Shown piece by piece: positions 22,038-32,091 of a stretch of DNA of 64,000 bases. The position numbers and the translations under genes are program-made. Under the pieces are notes generated by a model. The model searched no databases and was not told where the DNA came from. It saw only the letters and a list, made by a program, of their open reading frames with translations. The number at the start of each line of letters is the position of its first letter. Within the stretch, counting starts at the first letter, position 1. Origin of the DNA: Candidatus Levyibacteriota bacterium (GTDB lineage Bacteria > Patescibacteriota > Microgenomatia > Levybacterales > UBA12049); assembly GCA_016182235.1 (NCBI GenBank), contig JACOXT010000003.1, positions 529,199 through 593,198 on the forward strand, in the 5' to 3' direction.

Positions 22038-23399
22038 TTATTTTTTTAAACTTTCTTCTATAGCATTTCTTATTTGGTTAGAGTCCGCTTTTTGGAAGTG
22101 CATTCTTACCTTTCCTATCAAAAATCCAATAACTTGGACTTTTCCGCTCCTGTAATCTTCCACAGCTTTTTGATTCTCTGATAATACTTGGTTTATAACC
22201 TCACTCAGTTTGTTTTCATCAAGCTGTGTTTTTTTATCATTTTCAGTAATTAATTTTATTAACTCAGAAGGCGTTATCTTATTAATGTTTATCTTTCTAT
22301 TTATAATATAATTAGCAATTTTTTTACTTAATACTTGATCATTTAAAGTTGATGCTTTGTGTGAAACACGGATAGTCTCCTCAAAATAATCTGAGGTAGA
22401 TTTTTCTCTCGTCAATATCTCTGAATCGTAAGCAGTTAAACCAAAGTCTTTTTGAAATCTTTCTGACTTTTGCTCTGGCATTTCTCCTATTTGAGATTTG
22501 AGATTTGAGATTTGAGATGTCGTCCAACGGATAGGCGGAATGTCTGGCTCTGGGAAATATCTATAATCATGCGCTTCTTCTTTTGATCTTTGGGAAACTG
22601 TAGTCTGTTTTTTCTCGTCCCAACCTCTTGTTTCTTGAATTGGGATTTTTCCAGACTCCAAAACCTTTTTCTGTCTATTTATTTCATAATCAATTGCTTT
22701 TTCTGCAAATCTAAACGAATTAATATTTTTAACTTCAACCTTATAATTTGGTAGTATTTGTTTATTGGTAGTATTTGTAATATTACGTTTCTGTAAAGAA
22801 ACGTTGGGTTCCAACCTCATCTGGCCTTTCTCCATATCAGCATCTGAGACACCAAGAAATCTCACAATTTGCTGAAGCTTTTTAAGGTAGTCAACGACCT
22901 CAACTCCCGATTCGAAATCAGGGTCGGTAACAACTTCAACAAGTGGAACTCCGGAGCGATTGAAATCAATAAGGCTTATTCTTTCTCCATCAACTATTTC
23001 GTGTAGTAATTTTCCTGTATCCTCTTCCATATGTACTCTTCTAATTCTTATCTTTTTTGAATTTTGAATATTAATCCAGCCCTTGATACAAAAAGGTTCT
23101 TCATATTGCGAAATTTGGTATCCTTTTGGTAGATCTGGATAAAAGTAATTCTTTCTATCAAATTTTGAAAATAGGGGAATCTTACAATTCAGAGCAAGGC
23201 CAATTAAAATACACCATTCAATGGCTTTTTTATTTGGTAATGGCAACGCGCCAGGAAGACCTAAACAAACAGGACAGGTGTAGCTGTTTGGTTTTTGACC
23301 AAAATAATCAGCACTACACCCACAAAACATTTTTGATTTCGTCTTTAGCTCAACATGCACCTCTAATCCTATAACTGGAGAATGTTTATTAGTATTCAT
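22038..23399 (-). CDS. gatB: Asp/Glu-tRNA amidotransferase subunit B
   Basis: IGLEVHVEL, FDRKNYFYPDLPKGYQISQ, DYRYFPEPD. Confidence 0.97.
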   Translation of the reverse strand: MNTNKHSPVIGLEVHVELKTKSKMFCGCSADYFGQKPNSYTCPVCLGLPGALPLPNKKAIEWCILIGLALNCKIPLFSKFDRKNYFYPDLPKGYQISQYEEPFCIKGWINIQNSKKIRIRRVHMEEDTGKLLHEIVDGERISLIDFNRSGVPLVEVVTDPDFESGVEVVDYLKKLQQIVRFLGVSDADMEKGQMRLEPNVSLQKRNITNTTNKQILPNYKVEVKNINSFRFAEKAIDYEINRQKKVLESGKIPIQETRGWDEKKQTTVSQRSKEEAHDYRYFPEPDIPPIRWTTSQISNLKSQIGEMPEQKSERFQKDFGLTAYDSEILTREKSTSDYFEETIRVSHKASTLNDQVLSKKIANYIINRKININKITPSELIKLITENDKKTQLDENKLSEVINQVLSENQKAVEDYRSGKVQVIGFLIGKVRMHFQKADSNQIRNAIEESLKK

Positions 23400-23461
23400 G
23401 CTATTTAATCATAGTTACTATAATTATATGTATTATTATAGTAAACTTATAGTTCAAACAT

Positions 23462-24247
23462 TTATTTTCTCATTGCCTCAGTATCTTGAGCTAATGCTTT
23501 AACTTCTTCGTATTTTAATCTTTTCGGCCAGTAAAGATCACCAGATAAGCCGTAAACGGGAATATATAGGTGAGGTTTATCCTTATTTACCTCAAGCATT
23601 TTTGTAACAACTATGTCTACAGTTTCCTGAACTGTTGTGGCATTAAAATCAATATAATTAAGGAAATCATGACGAAACTTATCAACTGCTCTGTCAATAA
23701 AAACAATGCCCCTAAATGATTTCATGGGCACTCTAAAGATAGACCTAGGCATATTTAATATTCCAACATACTTCTGTTTGTATCTGTAATATTTATCATC
23801 TATAAGTAATGTAAAAATATTTTCTCTTGGAATTTGAATAGCACGATTGTTATGTGTTGCGGCAAGTGTTCCGATACTAAACATAAGTTCCAAATCTTGT
23901 TCTCTCAAGCCCAATGAGACACTACTCTCGTTGCGGGGGTCAGACCAGTTCCTGCTAAGAGTCAAGCCGACTCTTTTTGCAAACTTTTCAGCTACAATCC
24001 CATAGCGAAAAATGGATTCTAGTCTGTCAACTTCTGGATTTGCAACTCTTCTGTTATCCCAAACGTAATTTGGATAGCTTGTCCACCTTCCATTCCTACC
24101 ATCATCGATAAAAAGGGGCCCAAAACGAACAAAGCTGTGTTTTTGAAATATAGGCTGGCGGATGTCCGCGATCTTTCCTAAAGCTGATTGCTCAGCTTGC
24201 TCTAGCAGGTTAATCCTTTGCTCTGATCGATGTTCCTGAATAATCAT
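23462..24247 (-). CDS. Hypothetical protein inserted between gatA and gatB
   Basis: 261-aa ORF; start overlaps the gatA stop. Confidence 0.6.
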   Translation of the reverse strand: MIIQEHRSEQRINLLEQAEQSALGKIADIRQPIFQKHSFVRFGPLFIDDGRNGRWTSYPNYVWDNRRVANPEVDRLESIFRYGIVAEKFAKRVGLTLSRNWSDPRNESSVSLGLREQDLELMFSIGTLAATHNNRAIQIPRENIFTLLIDDKYYRYKQKYVGILNMPRSIFRVPMKSFRGIVFIDRAVDKFRHDFLNYIDFNATTVQETVDIVVTKMLEVNKDKPHLYIPVYGLSGDLYWPKRLKYEEVKALAQDTEAMRK

Positions 24248-25603
24248 AAGTTAGGTTTTCTTGAGTACCATTTTACTTCTTGTTCGTATGCATGGCCAAT
24301 TTGAAATAATAGATTTTCTGAAAACTGCGGACCTAGTATTTGCATCCCAATTGGTAGTCCATTGTCAAAACCAATAGGAACTGATAATCCTGGTATTCCT
24401 GCAAGATTTGCTGTAACAGTAAAGATGTCGGATAAATACATTTTGAGGGGATCATTAATTTTTTCGCCAAGTTTCCAGGGCGGAGTAGGGGAGACTGGCG
24501 TAACAATTGCATCAACCTTCTCAAACGCCTTATAAAAATCGCGTTTTATCAACGTACGAACCTGCATTGCTTTCTTGTAATAAGCGTCGTAATACCCGCT
24601 AGAAAGAGTGAATGTTCCAAGCATTATTCTTCTTTTTGCTTCATCTCCGAAATTCTCTCTTCCCGAACCATATCTAATTCCATCATATCTTGCTAGATTT
24701 GAAGATACTTCCGAGGGCTGAATTATATAATAACAAGCATTCCCATATTCTGTATGAGGTAAAGGAACTTCATCTACAATCGCGCCCAACTTCTCAAATA
24801 CTTTTAAACTTTCCTCAAATCTGGTTTTAACATTTTCGTCTAGTCCTTTTTCAATATATTCTTTTGGAACACCGATTTTAATATTTCTAACATTATTGTT
24901 TAGATTTTTAGTATAGTTTTGAACCTCAGCTCTAGGGGTTGACGCATCAAAATCGTCTTTTCCTGCAGTAACATTCAGAAGCAATGCCGAATCTTCGACT
25001 GTTTTTGTGAAATGACCGATTGAGTCAAGAGAAGATGCCATTGCGATTATTCCGTAGCGGCTGACTCTTCCGTAAGTAGGTTTAAGACCAACAATATTAC
25101 AAAAACTCGCAGGTAGCCTAATAGAACCTCCTGTATCTGTTCCGGTTGATGCAATACACATATCTGCCGCCAGAGCCACAGCTGAGCCACTACTTGATCC
25201 ACCGGGATCCGTGTCCCCACGCATCAAGATTTGTTTTGCCAATGATTACAGCTCCAGCATCTTTTAATTTCTTTACAACCGTTGCGTCATACTGAGGTAT
25301 ATAATCAGCTAGGACTTTTGATCCTGCTGTTGTTTTTATTCCTTTTGTAGAAAATAAGTCTTTTAAAGCAATCGGAATTCCAAGAAGAGGTTTAGCTTCC
25401 AAGGTCTCGCCTTGTAAAGCTAATGCATCAGCTTTCTTTGCTTCATACAATGCAAAATCTTCACAAATGGCAATAAATGCGTTGAGAAGCGGATTATGTT
25501 TTTTAATTTGGTCTAAACACGCTTTAGTCAACTCAACCGATGAAAATTCTTTGCTTTTTAATCCCTCTATTGCTTCTTTAATAGTAAGCTCATTTAATTT
25601 CAT
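24244..25603 (-). pseudogene. gatA: Amidotransferase subunit A, split by an apparent ~20-codon deletion plus frameshift near 25205 (possibly assembly artefact)
   Basis: 25190..25603 gives the N-terminus up to GKTNLDAWGHGS; 24244..25242 resumes at PGGSSSGSA and has DTGGSIRLPA. Confidence 0.8.
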
Positions 25604-25611
25604 TTCTTAAA

Positions 25612-25893
25612 TCATTCTTCTAGAATTGCTTTCACTTTGAAAAATCCATTGTGCTTTGATTTTGCGTTTGACAAAGCATTTTCTTGGGAAAAACATGAAG
25701 ATGTTTTATCTTCCCGAGTAACATTTTCTAGGCCTGTGATTTGAGAAGTTGGCTCTATTTTTGAAGTATCAACCTCTTTGAGCTTGTCAACATAGCCTAA
25801 AATCGAGGAAAGCTGTTTTTCAAACTTTACTCTTTCTCCATCAGTAAGCGCAAGATTGGCAAGTTTTGCGATATGGACAACATTAATCCTCAT
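25612..25893 (-). CDS. gatC: Amidotransferase subunit C
   Basis: VVHIAKLANL, REDK, FFKVKAIL; upstream of gatA. Confidence 0.9.
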   Translation of the reverse strand: MRINVVHIAKLANLALTDGERVKFEKQLSSILGYVDKLKEVDTSKIEPTSQITGLENVTREDKTSSCFSQENALSNAKSKHNGFFKVKAILEE

Positions 25894-25906
25894 CTTTATA
25901 TTGTAA

Positions 25907-26671
25907 TTATATCGAAATTCCTAATCGCTTCGCAATTGCTTTGTGCGCCGCCCATTCTAAAGAATCGTCAAGAGGGGAGAGGGGAACAGATTTTTTATAC
26001 TTTTCTTTTAAAGATAAACTAATCAAGTAATCTGCGAAATGGGGGTTTTTTGGTAGAATTGGGCCATGAAGATAGCTTCCAAAGCTGTTTTTATATATTG
26101 CGCCTTCTGTTTTGTCTTCGCCATTATTTCCAAACCCTTTAATTACTTTTCCTAATAGTCTAATATTTTTTCCAAGATATGTTCTTCCTCCATGGTTTTC
26201 AAACCCAACCAAAGTATTTTGTCTTAATTCATGATTCATGATTCCTGATTCAATAACAATATTTCCAATAAGTCTTTTTGAATTTTCACCAGGATTTTCT
26301 GTATATAAATCCAATATGCCTAGTCCTTCAATTATAGTTCCATCTGCCTCTTTATAATATTTGCCCAATAATTGATACGCTCCGCAGATATAAAGCCCCG
26401 GAACATTATCTTCAATCATTTCTTTTAATATTTCTCTCTTCTTGCGAAGGTCTTCCGAAACAATTTTTTGTTGTAGATCTTGCGCTCCTCCCATAAACAG
26501 AAAATCACAAGATCTTAAATCGTCAATCTTTAATCCCAAATCAAGTTTCAAAATTTCAATATTAATCCCACGCCATTCGCACCGTTTTTGAATGCAAATA
26601 ATATTTCCCCGATCTCCATATGTAGACATTAATTCAGGAAATAACCATCCTATTGTTAATTTATAATTCAT
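25907..26671 (-). CDS. gatD: Lipid II isoglutaminyl synthase glutaminase subunit (GatD/CobQ-like)
   Basis: YGDRGN, ICGAYQLLG, GFENHGG, YLHGPILPKNP. Confidence 0.88.
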   Translation of the reverse strand: MNYKLTIGWLFPELMSTYGDRGNIICIQKRCEWRGINIEILKLDLGLKIDDLRSCDFLFMGGAQDLQQKIVSEDLRKKREILKEMIEDNVPGLYICGAYQLLGKYYKEADGTIIEGLGILDLYTENPGENSKRLIGNIVIESGIMNHELRQNTLVGFENHGGRTYLGKNIRLLGKVIKGFGNNGEDKTEGAIYKNSFGSYLHGPILPKNPHFADYLISLSLKEKYKKSVPLSPLDDSLEWAAHKAIAKRLGISI

Positions 26672-28020
26672 AGTATTTTTTTACCGGTCAATATTTTTCT
26701 GACCTCGAGCATTGCCGAATATGTTGGAAGGATATAAAGCGTTTCTGATTTAAGAGTTTTATTTAAACCAAATAGAATTGAGTTCTTAAGATCTTCTTGA
26801 ATTATGAGTTGTGAATCATGAATTATGGGTTTTCCGCAATATTTTAATCTAAGACCTAGATCAAGAGCTCGATCTCCAGAAATAATAATATATTTAAATT
26901 GATAAACAAAATCTTCGAAATCCACATCCCAAATCCATGAAGTGTCTGTTCCATCCGGAATTCGATCGTTAAGGACAAAAAGCAGGTTCTGCGCTTTTAA
27001 GTCACTAATAGTCCTTAGCGATTCGTTGAAACTCGTTGGGTTTTTAGACAGAAATATTTGAATGTTTTTATTTTTAACTCGCAAAATTTCTTGTCTTCCA
27101 AAAGCAGGTTTGAATTCATGCAAAGCAGAATTTATTCTTTTTTGTTGTATTCCAAGCCTTTTAGCTAAAAGCACAGCGGCAAGCGTATTGTAACGGTTGT
27201 AAATTCCCGATAGGGGATAATAAGAATATTCTGAAATATCCAGCTTTGGTCGTTTTAAACCACAATTATTGCATTTCCAATCCCCAAGATGAGAGAAGTA
27301 AATTGAATCATAGTGAAGTTTCGAACTACAGTTTGGACAGTATGTAGAATCGGAAGCGTGCTGACTAGATGAGGTAATTAATTTTTTATTATCTAGTCCA
27401 AAGAAGAAGGTATTATCTTTCCACCTTTTAGCTATCCACCTTAAAGGTGGAATAGATGCGCCACCTTGGGATAAGCCAAGAAACGCAATTTGAGGATCGT
27501 CCGCGTTTAAAATTAATCTAGTTTTTTTTGTTAATTTTTCAAGTGACCTTCTCCATTTTTCCGCAACCATGTTTACTTCTCCGTATCTATCTAACTGATC
27601 TCTGAATAGATTAAGAAGAATTAGGTAATCTGGTGATATTTCATTTAATACCAGCGGCAATGTAGCTTCATCGACCTCGAAAATTGCATAATTGTAATGG
27701 ATTGTTGAAAGTATGTTGCTATGTAGTAATAGACTTGATGCGATTCCGTTGGTAAGATTTGCCCCTGCTTCATTCTGAAAGACTTTTTCTCCATTTTTTT
27801 CAAGAATTGTCTGAATAAGCTTGCCTGTAGTTGTTTTACCATTTGTCCCCGCTATAAGGATAATTTTAAGATTTGGGTTTTGGTTAACAATATCCTTAAT
27901 AAAGTTTTTATTAAGATTAAGAGCTAGGTGCCCCGGCCACGTTGAGCCTTGACCTAAATTTAATAATCGAGAGGAGTACACCAGTAGCTTACCAAGATAA
28001 ATTATAAAGATATTGCCCAC
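26668..28020 (-). CDS. murT: Lipid II isoglutaminyl synthase ligase subunit
   Basis: GTNGKTTT, NLFRDQLDRYGE, CPNC/CNNC Zn finger, DTSWIWDVDFE, PTYSAML. Confidence 0.9.
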   Translation of the reverse strand: MGNIFIIYLGKLLVYSSRLLNLGQGSTWPGHLALNLNKNFIKDIVNQNPNLKIILIAGTNGKTTTGKLIQTILEKNGEKVFQNEAGANLTNGIASSLLLHSNILSTIHYNYAIFEVDEATLPLVLNEISPDYLILLNLFRDQLDRYGEVNMVAEKWRRSLEKLTKKTRLILNADDPQIAFLGLSQGGASIPPLRWIAKRWKDNTFFFGLDNKKLITSSSQHASDSTYCPNCSSKLHYDSIYFSHLGDWKCNNCGLKRPKLDISEYSYYPLSGIYNRYNTLAAVLLAKRLGIQQKRINSALHEFKPAFGRQEILRVKNKNIQIFLSKNPTSFNESLRTISDLKAQNLLFVLNDRIPDGTDTSWIWDVDFEDFVYQFKYIIISGDRALDLGLRLKYCGKPIIHDSQLIIQEDLKNSILFGLNKTLKSETLYILPTYSAMLEVRKILTGKKIL

Positions 28021-28051
28021 GTGGATATTATACTCTAAATACTGGACTTAT

Positions 28052-28519
28052 TTATAACACGAAAGGAGGATAAGTCTTTATAAGTTCTCCTGACTCTATC
28101 AAGACAAGCATTCTGTCAATCTTTTCATAATCCTCAGGATTAAGTTCTAAAAGACTTACTCCTTGTTTAGGATCATCTTCTTGTTTTAGGGCAACTCCAT
28201 CTCTATTGAAAAAATATGTTACAACACTAACAGAATTTTCATCTTTAACTTGAAGAGCTGAGCTACGGGTTTTCTGAAGCTGGTTTGGGACTCTCATTGT
28301 CATATCTGGAGAACGAAATTTACTTGGTGCGATATTGTGCACAGAAAGTTTAATTGAATTATCTGGATTTGTATAGCTCTTAATGGAACTATAAAAATCA
28401 TCACCAATGTTAAGTGGAGCCAAATTAGAAAGTCTAAAATTAATTGATTTATTTATTAATGTATTACTTAATGGCTCTTGTTCGTTTTCTGGATGTTGAC
28501 CTGTTTCAACCAAAGTCAT
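28052..28519 (-). CDS. Hypothetical protein
   Basis: 155-aa ORF filling the gap between htpX and murT. Confidence 0.55.
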   Translation of the reverse strand: MTLVETGQHPENEQEPLSNTLINKSINFRLSNLAPLNIGDDFYSSIKSYTNPDNSIKLSVHNIAPSKFRSPDMTMRVPNQLQKTRSSALQVKDENSVSVVTYFFNRDGVALKQEDDPKQGVSLLELNPEDYEKIDRMLVLIESGELIKTYPPFVL

Positions 28520-28563
28520 ATGATCGCGATAATAACACCGTTGGACACGAAAGTCAAATAAAA

Positions 28564-29460
28564 TTACATTGACCTAAGAATCTTTATTCGCTCCTCAATC
28601 GGAGGATGAGTGTTAAAAAGACTTGCGAACCAATTACCAGATATTTTATCTTTGAATGGATTTGAGATATATAAATGCGCAGTTGCGTTGTTTGCGACCT
28701 CAAGTGGCTCTTTGTCCTTGCCAATTTTTTCAAGCGCACTAGCCAGTCCTTCCGGATAGCGAGTTATCAAAACTCCTGATGCATCTGCCAAAAACTCTCT
28801 TTTTCTAGAAACTGCAAGCCGAATTAGTGTTGCGATAAGAGGGGAGAGTATAGCTAGAATTATTCCAATAATCAAAAATATTCCCTGTGCGCTATTTCTT
28901 CCTCCCCTGTCTCTTCTCCCTCCATACCAAAGACTTCGCATAAAAAAATCAGCAAGAAGCGCAACCAGTCCTACCAAAATCACGACTATCGACATTAGTC
29001 TGATATCGTAATTACGAACATGTGATAGTTCGTGGGCAATTACGCCTTCCAGCTCTGTCTTGCTTAGTTTTTCCAATATCCCAGTAGTGACACATACAAC
29101 TGCGTGTTTTGGGTCCCGTCCTGTCGCGAAAGCATTGGGTGCCGAATCCTCTATAATATAAACTCTTGGCATAGGTAAACCTTCCGCAATACATAGATTT
29201 TCAACAGTTCTAAAAAGAAGAGGATTGTCATTTTTAGAAATTTGCTTTGCTTTGGACATTCCCAAAATCATTTTATCGGAGTAGTAGTAGCTTCCAAAGC
29301 TTATAATTCCTGAAATTACCAAAGCAATACCGGCGTAAGAAAGCCCATAGCCCGTTGCTTTTCCATATACAAAAATAATTGTGGTAATAAAAGCGACAAA
29401 AAGGACAACTATTAGCCAGGTTTTTGTTTTGTTGGAGGAAATTTGAGAATAGATAGTCAT
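28564..29460 (-). CDS. htpX: M48 zinc metalloprotease HtpX
   Basis: PNAFATG, AHELSH, SRKREFLADA, THPP. Confidence 0.92.
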   Translation of the reverse strand: MTIYSQISSNKTKTWLIVVLFVAFITTIIFVYGKATGYGLSYAGIALVISGIISFGSYYYSDKMILGMSKAKQISKNDNPLLFRTVENLCIAEGLPMPRVYIIEDSAPNAFATGRDPKHAVVCVTTGILEKLSKTELEGVIAHELSHVRNYDIRLMSIVVILVGLVALLADFFMRSLWYGGRRDRGGRNSAQGIFLIIGIILAILSPLIATLIRLAVSRKREFLADASGVLITRYPEGLASALEKIGKDKEPLEVANNATAHLYISNPFKDKISGNWFASLFNTHPPIEERIKILRSM

Positions 29461-29505
29461 AGTTGAAGCGTAAAGTGAAAAACTAAAAGCGAAAAATAAG
29501 TATGC

Positions 29506-30060
29506 TTAAAATGCCACCTTAACGGCCTTCCTCTCCATCTCACCTGCTTCAAAGAATTCCTCTTCTCCAAACCCGAACATCCTTCCGATATTTCCGCTTG
29601 GAAAATTTGCAAGCGTGGTATTGTAACTTCTTACATTCGAATTATAGAATTGTCTTGCGTAAGCTATCTTAGCTTCGATATCGGATAACTCTTGCTGAAG
29701 CTCGAGAAAATTTTTACTCGCTTTAAGATCTGGATAGTTCTCAGAAACAGCAAAAAGACTTTTTAGTGCCTGAGACAGTATATTGTCGGATTCTGCCTTT
29801 TCATGAGCCGTTTGCGCGTGCATTAAAGATGCTCTTGCTTTTGTTACATTCTCAAGTAATTCTTTTTCGTGTTTTGCGTATCCTTTGACAGTTTCAACAA
29901 GATTCGGAACTAAATCAACTCTTCGTTTTAGCTGAACATCTATTCCGCTAAATGATTCTCTAATCCTAACCTTTCCTGTCGCAAGACTGTTATATATAGA
30001 CAAAAAATATAACGTGACAAGCACGATTGCCCCAATAATTACCCAAATTGTTATATCCAT
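29506..30060 (-). CDS. lemA: LemA family protein
   Basis: IDVQLKRRVDLVPNLVETVKGY, ENYPDLKAS; upstream of htpX. Confidence 0.92.
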   Translation of the reverse strand: MDITIWVIIGAIVLVTLYFLSIYNSLATGKVRIRESFSGIDVQLKRRVDLVPNLVETVKGYAKHEKELLENVTKARASLMHAQTAHEKAESDNILSQALKSLFAVSENYPDLKASKNFLELQQELSDIEAKIAYARQFYNSNVRSYNTTLANFPSGNIGRMFGFGEEEFFEAGEMERKAVKVAF

Positions 30061-30105
30061 TATTTCTCACCCCCTCCGGGCTAGAAGCCCTCCGGGCCAA
30101 TGGCT

Positions 30106-31875
30106 TCAACTTTTAAGCCATTTTATAAAATCATTATATCCTAACGTGTTAAGAATGTCATCTTTTTTCGCCCAACCTCTCCGAGCCATTGCAACTCCAT
30201 ATTTCATAAGGCCCATTTGCCATAAAGCATGACTGTCTGTATCAATAATTAGTTTTACTCCCTTTTCAACTGCCGCCCTTATTAAACTGTCTGGTAAATC
30301 AAGTCTTGTCGGCCATGCGTTAATTTCTAGCACCTTATTGTTCTTTTTACAAAAATCGAAAATTTTCTCGAAATCCAGATCATAGCCCGTTCGGTCATTA
30401 AGTAATCTTCCAGTTGGATGAGCTAAGATTCTTGCTTTAGGATGAGAGAGTCCTTTGATGACACGTTCTGTCATGGTTTTCTTATTCATTGAAAATGCAC
30501 TATGAATTGAAACGATAACGCAGTCCGATAAATCCAGACACTTACCATCAATTGCCAATTTACCATTGGATAATATATCTACTTCGAGCATTTTAAGTAT
30601 TCGAATATCTTTATTCTCCGAATTTAATTGTTCAATAATGACGTTTCTCCTTGATATTAGGTCGTATATTTCCTTTTGATTGTGCTTTGAAACGCTCGGA
30701 TTGTGTTCGGAAAAACCAATATATTCGTATTTTAGCTCTCTAGCTTTTTTAACCATTTCTTCTATTGAATTTTTTCCCAAATCATGACTTGGTTCTATTG
30801 GAAAATTTGAGTGTACATGTAAATCTCCTTTTATATCAGAGAGTTCAATTATCTTCGGAAGTTTGTGAGCCATAGATAATTCTATTTCTCCTGTATCTTC
30901 CCGCATCTCAGGAGGAATCCAATCCAAACCCAGCGCGTTATAAAATTTCTCCTCTTTATCAAATTGCTTTATTTTTGATTTTTTGTCTTTTAAATCCTTG
31001 ATGCCGCGTTCAGAAAGCGACAGTTTCTTTTTTAGAGCATATTCCCTAAGATGAACATTATGATTCTTGCTGCCTGTAAAGTGCTGCAGAAGTGATCCAA
31101 AGCCCATTTTTGGCTGTACCATAAGGTCTACTTGTTTTCCTCCCGATGTTAGAATAGAGGCTGTGGAAGGGCCTTCTTCAATTATCCTTTCTTTGTATGG
31201 ATAGGAAATAAAGTGTTTAATTGCTTCTTTAGGGTTATCTGAGGCTACGGCAATATCAATATCGCCGACCGTTGGCTTCATCCGCCTCAAACTCCCTAAG
31301 GGTGTGGCTTCTGAGATGGATTTAGACTTGAGGAGATAGGAGACGAGTTTACCCGCAAGTTCTGCAGCAAATGGCAAAACCATTCTTTTTGCTTTACCCT
31401 TACCTTCTTTATACTCCATGAGAGCTCGCTGTATATCTTCTTGGGACTTTTCTCCAAAAGTAGGAAGCTTTGCGATTTTTCCAGCTTTGGCGACTGTCAA
31501 AAGATCTTCGATGGCTGTTTCTTCGCTATTAAGTGAAAATTCTACCGCAAGTTTATATGCTTTTTTCGGTCCTATGGTTGGAATATCGATGAGCGCAAAA
31601 ACTCCTTTAGGTATTCCTTTCAGCACCCAATCAAAGTGTTTGACATGTCCTTTTTTGAATAATTCTTCCAAACGCAACCTTATAGTTGGTCCAATACCGG
31701 GAACAGATTCCAGTTTTTTCTCTTTATATAAATCTTTTAATTCCGAGGTAAGACCTTCCACGGCTTCTGAGGCTTTTTGATAAGCAATCATCTGAAAATA
31801 ATATTTTTTTTCGTTTTTGATAGAATATGCCGCGGCAACATCTTTAAAAAGTTTGGATATTTGCTGATTGCTCAC
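30106..31875 (-). CDS. polX: DNA polymerase X with C-terminal PHP domain
   Basis: GSLRRMKPTVGDIDI, HFTGSKNHN, GDLHVHS, DTDSH. Confidence 0.9.
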   Translation of the reverse strand: MSNQQISKLFKDVAAAYSIKNEKKYYFQMIAYQKASEAVEGLTSELKDLYKEKKLESVPGIGPTIRLRLEELFKKGHVKHFDWVLKGIPKGVFALIDIPTIGPKKAYKLAVEFSLNSEETAIEDLLTVAKAGKIAKLPTFGEKSQEDIQRALMEYKEGKGKAKRMVLPFAAELAGKLVSYLLKSKSISEATPLGSLRRMKPTVGDIDIAVASDNPKEAIKHFISYPYKERIIEEGPSTASILTSGGKQVDLMVQPKMGFGSLLQHFTGSKNHNVHLREYALKKKLSLSERGIKDLKDKKSKIKQFDKEEKFYNALGLDWIPPEMREDTGEIELSMAHKLPKIIELSDIKGDLHVHSNFPIEPSHDLGKNSIEEMVKKARELKYEYIGFSEHNPSVSKHNQKEIYDLISRRNVIIEQLNSENKDIRILKMLEVDILSNGKLAIDGKCLDLSDCVIVSIHSAFSMNKKTMTERVIKGLSHPKARILAHPTGRLLNDRTGYDLDFEKIFDFCKKNNKVLEINAWPTRLDLPDSLIRAAVEKGVKLIIDTDSHALWQMGLMKYGVAMARRGWAKKDDILNTLGYNDFIKWLKS

Positions 31876-31895
31876 TCTAAAATACTATCAAAACA

Positions 31896-31924
31896 TTGAC
31901 TGCAATTCAATTATTTGTTAGTAT
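31896..31924 (+). promoter_or_regulatory. Putative sigma70 promoter for tRNA-Asp
   Basis: TTGACT-17 nt-TAGTAT with extended TG. Confidence 0.55.
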
Positions 31925-31934
31925 ACCTTGGAGT

Positions 31935-32008
31935 GGGACCGTAGCTCAATTGGCTAGAGCGCTTCCCTGTCACGGAAGAGGTCACGGGTTCGAGTCCCGC
32001 CGGTCCCG
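31935..32008 (+). tRNA. tRNA-Asp(GTC)
   Basis: GGGACCG/CGGTCCC acceptor, CTTCC-CTGTCAC-GGAAG anticodon arm, TTCGAGT T-loop. Confidence 0.95.
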
Positions 32009-32091
32009 CAAAAAATTGAAAAAATATTTATCTTCTGCCTGATTCATCTGCCTTGTGAAATTTATCCTCTGCCTAGAAAGGAGAAATATAT

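Noticed and set aside
25190..25242. Programmed ribosomal frameshift in gatA
   Set aside because: No slippery sequence, and conserved residues are physically missing, so frameshifting could not restore the protein.
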